Origin: Takakia lepidozioides | Taxonomy: Eukaryota; Plantae; Bryophyta | Reading direction: 5' to 3' | Length of the DNA stretch: 64,000 nucleotides | Assembly (NCBI GenBank): GCA_030704615.1 | Contig: CM060731.1 | Coordinates: 23,684,001-23,748,000 of the forward strand | Part shown: in pieces, positions 13,573-24,137 of the stretch | How positions within the stretch are numbered: position 1 is the stretch's first letter | Layout: every line of letters begins with the position of its first letter | Notes under the pieces: generated by a model | Told to the model about the DNA's origin: nothing | The model's database searches: none | What the model saw: only the letters and a program-made list of their open reading frames with translations | Position numbers and translations under genes: made by a program

Positions 13573-14500
13573 ATTTGTCTTCTGGACTTGTTTGGCGGGA
13601 TGTGTTACAAGCAGGTGTACGAGTTCGGCGTTACCTGTATGTGGAGAGGGATGAGACTGCACGACGCGTTTCACTTCGCCATGTTGCTCAGTTGGTGCAG
13701 CGGTACCCTGAGTTGTTGTCGGTATCTGCAATTCGTGGATATCAGCAGGCCTTGCCAGCAGACATTTCGTTGCTGGGGGCGCCGGATTTGGAGCGGGTTG
13801 GCTCCATTGATCTGGTAGTGGCAGGTTGGCCCTGCCAAGTGCATTCATCAGCCGGGCATGGCAATGGATTGCGAGACTCGAGGTTGGGTCTGTTTTGGGA
13901 GATGGTGCGGGTTTTGCGCCACTTGCAGCTTCATCAAGCTGTATCTCCAGCATACATCTTGGAGAATGTGCCACTGATGGGCGATTCTCGGACCAGGGTG
14001 ATGGCCAGTGTGCATCAAGTCCGGTCGTGGCTTGGGTCAGCAGTGTTGCTAGATGCAGCTACAGTGGGGTCACGGGCTCATCGTCCACGGCTATGGTGGA
14101 CTAACTTGATGCCACCCGCACTGCTCAAGCGTGCATTTGATGGGGTGCAGCGGCCAGCACATCTCACAGTGGATAACATTTTGGACACAGGGAGGCAGTC
14201 TCAGCGTGTGAGACACGATGACCGTTCGCCTTTGGCAGTGGTCAACAAGGTGGGTCAACCACGAGCAGCATTACCTACACTGCTCAGCTTCCCAGGATCG
14301 CATGTTTTCCGGGATAGTGGACCTGGCCTCCTGTGGGATGCTCAGTTGCAGCAGTTAGTGGAGCCTAATGCTGACGAGCGTGAGCGGGCAATGGGTTTTA
14401 TCACTGGTACCACGGCGGTGTCGTCTCTTTCTGAGGCATCACGTCATCAAGTGTTGGGGCAAGCAATGGATCTCAATTGCTTGACCTGGATTATCAGCTT
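13573..14500 (+). pseudogene. C5-cytosine DNA methyltransferase domain embedded in the Gypsy polyprotein between protease and RT
   Basis: Ordered motifs: I LLDLFGG (~13579, followed by a frameshifting deletion), II YLYVERD, IV DLVVAGWPCQ (catalytic PC 13830-13835), VI YILENV (13962-13970), VIII AHRPRLWW, IX ERERAMGF, X VLGQAMD (~14451-14471). Confidence 0.92.
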
Positions 14501-14927
14501 GGCTCTGGCTGAGCAACGCGGAGTGTGGAGTACACTTCCCTCAATGGTCTCTCTGCCTACCGAGACGGTACAAGCTGTGAGTGGGGGCGAGCATGTGAGG
14601 ACCACGGGGTGCATGCATCCATGGCACACGTGGGAGGTGCTCGACGTTCAGAGGGAGTTGGCAGCCAAGGCGGCTGTGATGGATGAGGTTGGGGATTCTT
14701 CTCGGGTTGAGGAGGTCCTCAAGGATGAGATGATGGGGCAGGATGAGGTCTTGTCATTGACTGAGCAGGCAGGGAGTACTGCTCAAGAGGTTGCAACATA
14801 GCAACCACTGGACGCGTCCTCTACCTCTAAGCCCACTGGACTTAAGGTTGCAGTTACGGAGGACAATTGGGAGCCTGACATTGGACCCATTGTCACCGGA
14901 GGAGAGAGACGACGTATACGGCGGTTC

Positions 14928-16310
14928 TTGAGGGCTTACAGGAATTGCTTTGCCTTCTGTTTGAAGGACTTGGGAGCACTGAAGGGTCAAGAGATCCGTA
15001 TTGAGTTGGCCACTGACACGCCAATCTTTCGGAGACCCTATAGATACAGTGACATGGAGAGGTCTTTGATTCAGATGAGGACTCAAGATCTCTGGGAGGC
15101 AGGTTTGGTGGAGCTCTCTGGTGGAGAGTATGCTTCAGCCACAGTGATGCCAGCCAAGAATGATGTCTATGGCAATTGGACGGAGAGACGTATGTGCGGT
15201 GATTACCGGCCTGTAAATTGTCAGACCAAGTCCGATAAGTATGCCATGCCAACACCAAAGGAGATCTTTGATGCCATCGGGCATGCTAAGGCCTTTAGCA
15301 CTTTGGATTTACGATCTGGATATCACCAGTTGCCAATCAAGGAGGCGGACAAGCAGAAGACGGCATTCTGGGGGATCAATGAGCACGACAAGGATTGCCT
15401 ATATCAGTGGCGGTTCTTACCATTTGGGCTTAAGAATGCTCCTGCAGAGTTTCAGAGAGTCATGGATAGGATTCTAGCAGGGGTGAACTTTGCTCGGTGC
15501 TACATAGATGACATCATCATCTTTAGTGTTACGATGGAGGAGCATGAGAGACACCTTCAGGTGGTATTGGAGCGCTTGAGAGCGCACGGATTGAAGTTGC
15601 ATCCGGGGAAGTGCAAGTTTTTCCACAACCAGATTGAGTATCTGGGTCACATGATATATCATGGAGGATTGGGGGTACAGCAGACTAAGGTAGAGGCCAT
15701 TGCACAAATTCCACGCCCCACGGATGTGAGCCGAGTTCGAGCTTTCATGGGGTTGGCAAACTATTATAGACGGTTTGTCAAGGGATTTAGTACCATTGCA
15801 AAGGCTCTAACCAAGCTGACCAAGGTGGACCAGGAGTGGCAGTGGGAAGATGAGCAAGAACGAGCTTTTCAAGAGCTCAAGGCGAGGTTGACCTCGGCAC
15901 CTATCTTGAGACGACCTATTAGGGGGCGTCCCTTTCAGCTGCATACGGATTGGAGCATGCTGGGGCTTGGAGCGGTGCTCACACAGGTGGATGATGAGGG
16001 AAGAGAGTTCGTAGTGGCTTACGCTAGCCGCTCGAACAACGCTGCAGAGGCCAAGTACAGCTCATATGAGGGAGAGTGCTTAGCTGCAGTGTGGGCCGTG
16101 GCACACTTCAGGTGCTATCTATACGGCAATCTTTTCACCCTTGTCACGGATCACCAGCCACTCAAGTGGTTGATGGAGTCAGACAAGCTTACGGGGAAGC
16201 TTGCACGGTGGGCACTTATACTCCAGGAGTATGACTTTCAGGTTGTGCATCGACCGGGTTTGGTCAATCGGGATGCGGATGGATTGAGTCGCAATCCATG
16301 CATGAGCTAG
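14928..16310 (+). CDS. pol: Gypsy reverse transcriptase + RNase H segment of pol
   Basis: ORF track 14928-16310 with canonical RT/RH motifs; bounded by internal in-frame TAG codons (14799-14801, 16308-16310). Confidence 0.95.
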   Translation: MRAYRNCFAFCLKDLGALKGQEIRIELATDTPIFRRPYRYSDMERSLIQMRTQDLWEAGLVELSGGEYASATVMPAKNDVYGNWTERRMCGDYRPVNCQTKSDKYAMPTPKEIFDAIGHAKAFSTLDLRSGYHQLPIKEADKQKTAFWGINEHDKDCLYQWRFLPFGLKNAPAEFQRVMDRILAGVNFARCYIDDIIIFSVTMEEHERHLQVVLERLRAHGLKLHPGKCKFFHNQIEYLGHMIYHGGLGVQQTKVEAIAQIPRPTDVSRVRAFMGLANYYRRFVKGFSTIAKALTKLTKVDQEWQWEDEQERAFQELKARLTSAPILRRPIRGRPFQLHTDWSMLGLGAVLTQVDDEGREFVVAYASRSNNAAEAKYSSYEGECLAAVWAVAHFRCYLYGNLFTLVTDHQPLKWLMESDKLTGKLARWALILQEYDFQVVHRPGLVNRDADGLSRNPCMS

Positions 16311-16355
16311 CAGGATGACACTGGAGCTCAGTGGCATGGTGAGACGGACGAGGAG

Positions 16356-17936
16356 ATGGTGCCGGGATGGCACGCATCTGCATTTTTGTGTATCTTGGCA
16401 TCGGGAGGTCAGATTGGACCTACAACAGGGATGACTGTAGACGGAGTGTCTGAGGACCCTGAGGCTAGTGATGAGCTAGATGGTGCCAGAGATATACATG
16501 AGGATTCGGCTGTGTTGGACTACCTCCGCACGGGAGACACGGCAGCCATTGTGACTGCCAGGGAGAGGGATCGGATCCTGCAACGAGCCAAGAGGTTCAA
16601 GTGGGAGGGGATACACCTACTTCGAGTGTGGGAGGATGGTTGGGTGAGGATTGTGCCTCACCCCACACAGCGTGCACGGTTAGTGCGGCATGCCCATGAG
16701 GAGTTGGGGCATTTTGGAGTGCGACGCACTCACAGTTTACTGCGGGGGCAGTATTGGTGGAGTGGTATGCATACAGAGGTGCAACAGTTCATGGCTAGGT
16801 GCATGGTGTGTGACAGGGTGCGTGCTTCATTCAACGCCTCTACACCACAGTTGCATCCTTTACCAATCATGGGATTGGGCTACAGGTGGAGTCTTGACTT
16901 CGTAGGACCGTTGCCACTGACTATGCGCCACCACATATATGTGTTGGTGATGGTGGAGCACTTCTCCAAGTGGATTGAGTTGGTTCCATTGCCTGACAAG
17001 GCTAGTGAGGGGGCTGCGTATGCATTCTTGGATCGTGTGCTTAGCCGATTTGGTGCTCCAGCTGAGGTACTCACGGACCAAGGGAGAGAGTTTTTGGGGG
17101 AGTTTCAGGCTTTGTGTGATAAAGCCTTGATAGACCACCGCACCACTTCTCGGGATCATCCTGAGGCCGATGGCGTAGCAGAGAGAGTTGTTCAGACGGT
17201 GAAGAGGGGTTTGCGCAAGTATGGCTTGCAGAAGGGACACCTAGGAGATTGGGATCTTCAGGTTCCTTGGTTAGCCATGGGCTACAGGTTCAGCAAACAA
17301 GCATCACTTGCCTCCTTCTCACCATATTTCCTTCTCTTTGGCCGAGAGCCGGATTTGCCTACAGCCATTCGTAGGGACACTGCTCAAGTCCTTGACCTTG
17401 ACGATCCGGGCGTGTGGGTACGTGCATGTGATCAGCGTGCAGAGTTGTTCAAGAAAGTCATGCCCATGGCTTTTGAGAACCTTGCCATTGCACAGCACCG
17501 TGATACGTTGAGGTATGCCACTATACGTGGTGGAGGATATCGTCCTAGGGTTCGGCGGTTTAGCCCTGGTGACTATGTTTATTTGCAGCAGACTGCTCCT
17601 ACGACTCTGGATGTTACTGCAGGGCGTGTTATTCTGAGGGTTCGAGAGGTGTTGCCCTCAGGGGTCCTGATCTTAGAGGGTCGGGATGGCATGACTTGGA
17701 AGGACCATGTGCGTAATTGTGCACCATGTCACCTTCCCAATGTCGATGGCAGAGTTGACCCAAACTTGGCAGTGGTACCTGCAGGTTTGAGGTGCATGCT
17801 CTGTGGGTCTGCCAAAGGGGCAGCCACCATGCTGGTGTGTGATCGATGCTCAAGGGGTTGGCATATGGGATGCTTGACACCACCTCTTGAGAAGGTACCT
17901 GACGGAGATTGGTTGTGTCCACACTGCTTGGGATAG
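16356..17936 (+). CDS. Gypsy integrase with C-terminal PHD finger
   Basis: HHCC and DDE core, then CMLC..MLVCDRCSRGWHMGCLTPPLEKVPDGDWLCPHC (C4HC3 PHD) directly before the stop. Confidence 0.93.
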   Translation: MVPGWHASAFLCILASGGQIGPTTGMTVDGVSEDPEASDELDGARDIHEDSAVLDYLRTGDTAAIVTARERDRILQRAKRFKWEGIHLLRVWEDGWVRIVPHPTQRARLVRHAHEELGHFGVRRTHSLLRGQYWWSGMHTEVQQFMARCMVCDRVRASFNASTPQLHPLPIMGLGYRWSLDFVGPLPLTMRHHIYVLVMVEHFSKWIELVPLPDKASEGAAYAFLDRVLSRFGAPAEVLTDQGREFLGEFQALCDKALIDHRTTSRDHPEADGVAERVVQTVKRGLRKYGLQKGHLGDWDLQVPWLAMGYRFSKQASLASFSPYFLLFGREPDLPTAIRRDTAQVLDLDDPGVWVRACDQRAELFKKVMPMAFENLAIAQHRDTLRYATIRGGGYRPRVRRFSPGDYVYLQQTAPTTLDVTAGRVILRVREVLPSGVLILEGRDGMTWKDHVRNCAPCHLPNVDGRVDPNLAVVPAGLRCMLCGSAKGAATMLVCDRCSRGWHMGCLTPPLEKVPDGDWLCPHCLG

Positions 17937-18196
17937 TGGCAGTGGACATGACTTGAGGCAGCTAACAAGACATGGGAGGCCAAGCTCATAGGAGTCAATA
18001 CATGAGATCCCAAGCTCAAGTTCACAGGTTGCAAGACGGCGACTAACGATGGGGCAACTCTTGCACCCGGCCTCTTGATCTATCGAGTTTGAGTGTAGTA
18101 GGGATAGTGGTGGAGGACTTAGTGAGGCTATGATCACTATCACATCTTGTGGCTACCTGGACTTAGAGGGACCTAAGCACCAGCTAGGGGGGCGAT

Positions 18197-18713
18197 TGTG
18201 TGGACTAGTGACTGCCATAGTGGGCAGCATAGTGGCAGCCTAGTGACTGACTAGTTGTAGCCTAGTGGTTGGACTAGTGGCTGGACTAGTGGTGGACTAG
18301 TGGTATACTAGTGTGTGGTGTGCACATGTGTTGTGTGGTTTTGGACAGCGATGTAGTTGTGTAGCGATATGTATGCACACGACAGCTGTCAAGTTATTTT
18401 GCCACTAGTGTGAAACTAGCTAGGAAATAGCTAGTTTTTACATATTGACATTTGGGATTGGCCCAAGTGTCAATCCAGGGGTCAAGGTAGATTTAGGCCC
18501 TGGAGTGGTTATCTTCACGGCAAGTGCGGGAGGCTCATCTTTCTCGAGTTGAGCCTCACCGCGCCTAGCTATGGCGCCGTAGTGTGGATTCCCCATGGCG
18601 TGGGGTGCACTTGGCTTGACTTGTATTTGAGTGATGAGGTTATATATGCATGAGTTTATGCTTCAGCTTTGTGAGCTCGCATGAGCTTGTGCTTGTATTC
18701 TTCTTCTTTATCA
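18197..18713 (+). repeat. LTR (517 bp, TG...CA) of the DNMT-Gypsy element
   Basis: Begins tgtgtgg right after the PPT and ends ttatca. Its first 189 bp are repeated at 18715-18903. Confidence 0.8.
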
Positions 18714-18714
18714 T

Positions 18715-18903
18715 TGTGTGGACTAGTGACTGCCATAGTGGGCAGCATAGTGGCAGCCTAGTGACTGACTAGTTGTAGCCTTGTGGTTGGACTAGTGGCT
18801 GGACTAGTGGTGGACTAGTGGTATACTAGTGTGTGGTGTGCACATGTGTTGTGTGGTTTTGGACAGCGATGTAGTTGTGTAGCGATATGTATGCGCACGA
18901 CAG
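18715..18903 (+). repeat. Second, truncated head-to-tail LTR copy (first 189 bp)
   Basis: Near-identical to 18197-18385; separated from the first LTR end by a single T. Confidence 0.9.
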
Positions 18904-19578
18904 AAGCATCGGATTCCCTCTCGCGTGACTGTTACACATAGTCGTTCCCTTATTAGTGCACATGCCAGCAATTGGTGTACAGCTGTTCGTATTCAGTTAT
19001 AGATGTCTCACGTGTGTCGCCCAAAATAAACGGCGTGTTCTTTATTAGAACGGTTTCAATATTTAAAAATAACAGCGAATCCCAGAAATCTTGGCGCACA
19101 GTCTTACACAAATAAATGTAAATGAACAAGAGTTTGATGACAAATCTTGGAATATCATACACGGTCATCCTTGTTAGCCAAACCCCACATTCGTTTCACA
19201 TTTGGAACTTTCCAGGTGCGCATGATCATTGGTAGTAGTATAAAGATACATTTACTTTATTTGCAATCCCATCCTCAGATCCTGTGGCATGCTTCCAGGA
19301 AGTCAGCTTTGTTATTGGGTTTATTGATGAGGTTCTGGTTAACGGTTTAACAGCTGCCGACACTGCTCCTAGGGATACTCTGACCACTGGGCCCACAAGA
19401 AAAGTAATTAAAATGGACGGCTACATATCTGTTAAGAATAACATAATATGCACAGTCGTTGTCTGAGCTTCCTCCGCCATATTCTCTGCTCATTCTTCAA
19501 CTGTGTTCTGGAGACATCAGTAAACCGATTTACACTAGATCTGCGATAGCAAGGTACAAACATACGCGAGGAAGGAAG

Positions 19579-22500
19579 ATGGCTTCCTCTGAAGCGGAGT
19601 TCTTCTCTGACGACAAACCAGTGCCGTTCTCCCAGGAAGTCCTTGACAATGGATTTGCAATTGTTCTGGAACATGTCTTGGCTACCCGTTTTCAGCTGCA
19701 GAATGGCTCCATCTTTTTGGAGAAAGAGGTGTACGATCTTAAAGGGAAGTTGTTGAAATACTCTTTCCAAAACCGTGATGAGACGGCTCATATCAGCCAG
19801 TGGAGAGTGCATCCTGGTCGATACAGAGTACTTGGAGAGCCTCGGCGAAAGTCCCTTGGGTCATATGTGACGCCCGGGACTGCTGCTTCGGTCGTTGAAG
19901 ACAAGAGGGAGGTGGTGGTGAAAAAAGAACAGACGTCCTCCACTCCAATCGTTGAGCTTTCGGATTCTTCCGATGATGACATAAGTGAAATTCCAAATCC
20001 AGTCCTTCCTACTGTGGTTGGAGAAGCTGATGAAGAAGAGATTTGTAGTGTCATTCCAAAATTGCGGGCGATGGGAGGAATGGCTGGATTCAAAAAAGAG
20101 TTGTGGGGAATTGATTGGGAATCTTTGAAGCAGGTGCCTGTGAAGTTCTTGCCTGAGACTTTTGATGGCGATATCCTATTCGAGCTGCCTCCTCCTCCGC
20201 GAGTTGGAGATGTAACAATCATGATGCATGGAATGGACAAGAAACACGACGGGCACCCGTGGTGCAGAACAAAAACATCCAATATTCAGAATGATGACAA
20301 GCTTGTTTTCAGGAGGACAGTTTGCAATGGACACCTTAGGTGTGATAATTTGAATTGCAGACACTTTCTTCAGTCTGGGGTTCATAATCAAAGTGAATGG
20401 GAGGGTCTGGCGGAAAATCCATTTCAGCCTAGGACTGCCCCTCCACCGGCAAACACTTTCGTCTGCAAATTCTGCAAACTTGTGCCATCCTGCTTGGCGC
20501 TCTGCGGAGCAAGAATGTATTATGTTGTCCACCGTTTGAAAACAATGACAAGAGCTTGTGTGCATTTTGGATTCCATAACCATCCTGTCTCGAAGGGGGA
20601 TTACAGGGAGAGTGTTGAGACAGTATCGAGGTTGATTAAACAGGAGTTCGGGAGAAACCCATCCGCAACAACATCTGCAATTGCTCTTGGCGCAAGCAAG
20701 TCCTTCTTGGAAAGTCATATTTTGAGTGAAGGGGATTCTGTGGGGACTAAACTTGACGGTGCAGCATTGGACCTGGTCATGGATCATTTCTCCAATTTAA
20801 GTTCACCGAACATTCGGCATCAGATCAATGCATTGAGAATGGGCTCTAAGATCAGAGGCTACATAGACAATATTTTGGAATTGAAATGAGTGAGCAAGTA
20901 CGATTACATCCAGGACAATGTATTCCCAGGTCAAGGTGCCATCAAAGTTTTTCTTTTCAAAATGTCGACTGTTGGGGAGGGCAATGGGGTTAGCCTCGTG
21001 AAGCGGATGCAGAAGACTGGGGACTTGTAGAACTGTTTTCTTATGTTTGATCATGTGAAACGAGTGAAGGATTGGACGACAATGGCTTGTCATGTCTACG
21101 ATCCAGTGTACCAACGAGTTATGACAATTGCAGTTTGTGACATGCAATCCGAGGATACGGAATCCCAGAAGCTCATGTGGAATTCCCTGATACGTGTCAT
21201 GGGCTGCCATGGGCTGCCATCTCCAAATTTCGCAGGTTTCATGGCGGATAGTGCTCAAGCAAATTTCAATGCTGTTCGTATTGTCTTCGGATCGGGCGAC
21301 CCAAAAGTGCCTATGCCAGGAAGAGAGCGTACATGTCTATTCCATTGGACACAATCTCTGGAAAAACATACAAAGTCGGACATCAAACCAGAGATGCAGA
21401 CTCAGCACCGTAAATTGTGCAAAGAGTACAAAGATGCTAGAACAATGAAGGAGGCGGACACTTTGTTCCAGACAATTCGTGCCTGGTGGTTCTCTTCTGG
21501 AGCTGCATCACTTGAGAGTATGAGAGCATTGGAAGATTGGCTGGCGTTTTGGCACTTCCGGTATAGACAGTGGGGGGCAGCCATGCCATTGGTACGAGGC
21601 TTATATTTATTGTTTTTTCATACATTTGCTTTCCATTTTATTGTGTCCTCGCTTTCTTTATGTTGTTTTCTGTTCACTGTTTTGAAGTGTGGTTCTGCAC
21701 TTTGCAGAACATGTCCATTGAGGAAATGGCGGACATGCCATCTTGCAATTTGGCAGAAACTGTGCACAACGCATGGTTGCAGCAGTCTGGGAAACGAGGT
21801 CAAGATTTGTATGTGGCAACAACAGATGATTTGATACGTGCCTTGCAACAACAAACCCGATACCGTGATTTCTTACGAGGTGGGGTTGGTGGCAAGGGTC
21901 CGAACAAATGGGAGTTGATGTTGCGTGCTGCAAACAGATCTAGGGATCCAATCATGATAGCACGGGCGGTGAGCAAGTATGCCCAGGGAACGCCACTTGT
22001 TTCTAGAGTTCCACATCTTGAAGGGGAGGAGAGATTCGGCTCTTGTAAGAGGAAATTGAACACTCCACCTGGTTCGGATTCAGATTCCCACAGGGCAGAC
22101 CGTGATAACTTCTTGAAGCCTCGTGTTCCTCTGCATGACAGCTCCATGTCCGGAACCTCCATTGTGGAGGAACCTCCAACACGACGGCAAGCTCCAGCAT
22201 CAAACAGTGCCACTGAAATGGTGCAGGAGATAAACAACCCTCTTGATGTGCTTGAGTCCGCATGCCCCGACCACGTTTGGCACATAGAACGCACAAGTGT
22301 AGGGTCTCGTGTGAAATGTACAGCGATCAGGGCAACTAATTTCGAGAAGTGCATTTCATCTATATCCAGAGGTGGTGCCCGAACTCCTGCTCCGACTTTC
22401 ACGGGCTTGATGCGTCCATACGGTCAACCAGAAGCCAAGAACCACAAGTTCTGGTTCTGCGCAGATGATTGTGCCAGATGTGTGCATGGAACTGTGCGTC

Positions 22501-23087
22501 CTTCCGTAGTGATAAAGCCATCTCCTCCAACCGTTTGGCCCGTGAAGGTGGGAACACATCTCAGTTTTCAGGAGATTGAAATGCTGGAGGAGGCAGGTTT
22601 TTCCCTTGCGAGACAACCCCAACTCCATGCATGTGCTACTACTTCTGCGTCCTCCCGGGTCCCCCCGGCAAATCCTGACTTGTGGCCAACCAAACGAGAT
22701 GGAAAGCTCGTTCGGCGTTTCCCTCCAACCGCTGAACACTTTGGCAAAGTGGAGTCCGCAAGAATGCTCCAAGCTCGTGTTGGAAGCACCACGGAAGTAC
22801 CCGATCATGGTCGGGTATTCACAATCATCACTTCCACATCTGCTGTTCATGACAGGACCTACGACATCACGGTTTCCAATTTCCCCAATTGCACATGTCC
22901 TGATTTTGTGAATATGTTATCAACCAGTTTGGGCAAGAGAGGTAAATTCATACCCTGCAAACATTTGTATTTCATATTTTTGAAGAGGATGGTTTGCGAT
23001 CCCAAACGTGACAACTTCATTCACCAGGCCACTATGAGTTTCAAGGAGGTCGATACTCTTTTGCAGCGGGATACAACACATGGGTAG
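19579..23087 (+). pseudogene. Transposase: GCM/WRKY-like Zn domain, MULE-type DDE core, C-terminal SWIM finger; intron 21592-21707; premature stops at 20887 and 21028
   Basis: DGHPW..CNGHLRC..CKFC..C..HFGFHNHP (GCM-like); MFDHVKR, FMADSAQA, TCLFHW (CxxH), NLAETVH (E); CTCPDF..PCKH (SWIM). Confidence 0.85.
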
Positions 23088-23908
23088 CATCAACTATGCA
23101 ATGTGGTATGTGGACGACCATGATTTGAAATGTGTAATTCACATCAATTCGGCGGTGCAATGATATGGCCTCCAACTATACGGAGTGAGCTCTGAGTGAC
23201 AACTTTTAGGTAGTGCACATTTGTCATTGCACCGTTCGAAGTCTACATGTCTTGCTGTCGCTATGCACTACAATCATCTTTTGAAGATGATCCTAACTCT
23301 CATTGTTATTTGAGGAGGGAGGAAGGTCTTCCCGTGGCAGCCTTTATGGCACACACTTTGTGAGGATATTTTTTCGTCCTCGTAATTGTAAAAGTGAAAC
23401 AAGCATTTGTAATTGCACAATGTTGGATGCTGCAATTGTAGGCCTCAACGCTCGTCTTGATTCTATTTAGGCAAGATTCCCTGCATTAATTCCACGGTCA
23501 TAGGACCATCCACGGTTATAGGCGGCGCATGTTAATGCTGACGTGGCAGATGACGGACAGTGCCATGTCATCATTTACCAGATGATTCGCAGGGACACTG
23601 AAGGAGGTGGAAGCACACGGAACGCCGAACCGGGAGAAGGTCCAGAAACCCTAGAGCAGACATAAATTCCAGCAGATGTGAGAAGGAAGAGGAAAGCTGC
23701 AGAAGGGGATCCAATTTCAAAACCTAAGAAGGCGCCAGTAAGTTTTATCTAACTTACATTTCATTGTTGAAGATATGCGTAGAGATTGAGTGGAATGTCC
23801 CAGACAGGGATTGTCGCTACCAACCATCACAAAGGTGATTTGCTTTCTACTCCTCTGCTAAGGGTTTACCGCACAATGAGTGGGTGACTATTGGTACAGT
23901 CATTCACT

Positions 23909-24137
23909 GTTGTTCAGATCATACAGTCTGTCTGATTGCCTTTCAAGGAGTCCTTCCTCTTCCCTTCTTTAGCAGGAACTACTGAATTGCGAGCGTCGTT
24001 AACGCCATTCGATTCTCCTCATGAGATTTATGTACCTATGTGTTTGAAGAGAGAGTGAGGGTCGACATACCGTCAATCATCGTTGTTCAGATCATACAGT
24101 CTGTCTGATTGCCTTTCAAGCAGTCCTTCCTCTTCCC
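23909..24137 (+). repeat. ~55-bp direct repeat in intron 1 of the cargo gene
   Basis: gttgttcagatcatacagtctgtctgattgcctttcaag(g/c)agtccttcctcttccc at ~23909 and ~24082. Confidence 0.85.

Larger units (their letters stand above)
11778..18903 (+). mobile_element. 5'-truncated Ty3/Gypsy LTR retrotransposon: gag zinc knuckle - protease - C5 DNA methyltransferase - RT - RNase H - integrase - PHD, PPT, LTR + partial second LTR
   Basis: CGHCGKHGHGEAQC knuckle (~11846); VLLDSGT protease (~12840); RT LDLRSGYHQ, PFGLKNAP, YIDD; RNase H LHTDWS; integrase HEELGH..CMVC, WSLDF, LTDQG, AERVVQ; PPT agggggg 18186-18192. Confidence 0.95.

Noticed and set aside
11778-18902. Ginger-like TIR element (TGT...ACA) as an autonomous unit
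   Set aside because: No target-site duplication, and the right end coincides with another transposon's terminus; kept only as a rearrangement finding.
12326-22850. Numerous minus-strand ORFs of 100-200 aa over the Gypsy and transposase genes
   Set aside because: Antisense shadows of long coding frames with no recognisable motifs.
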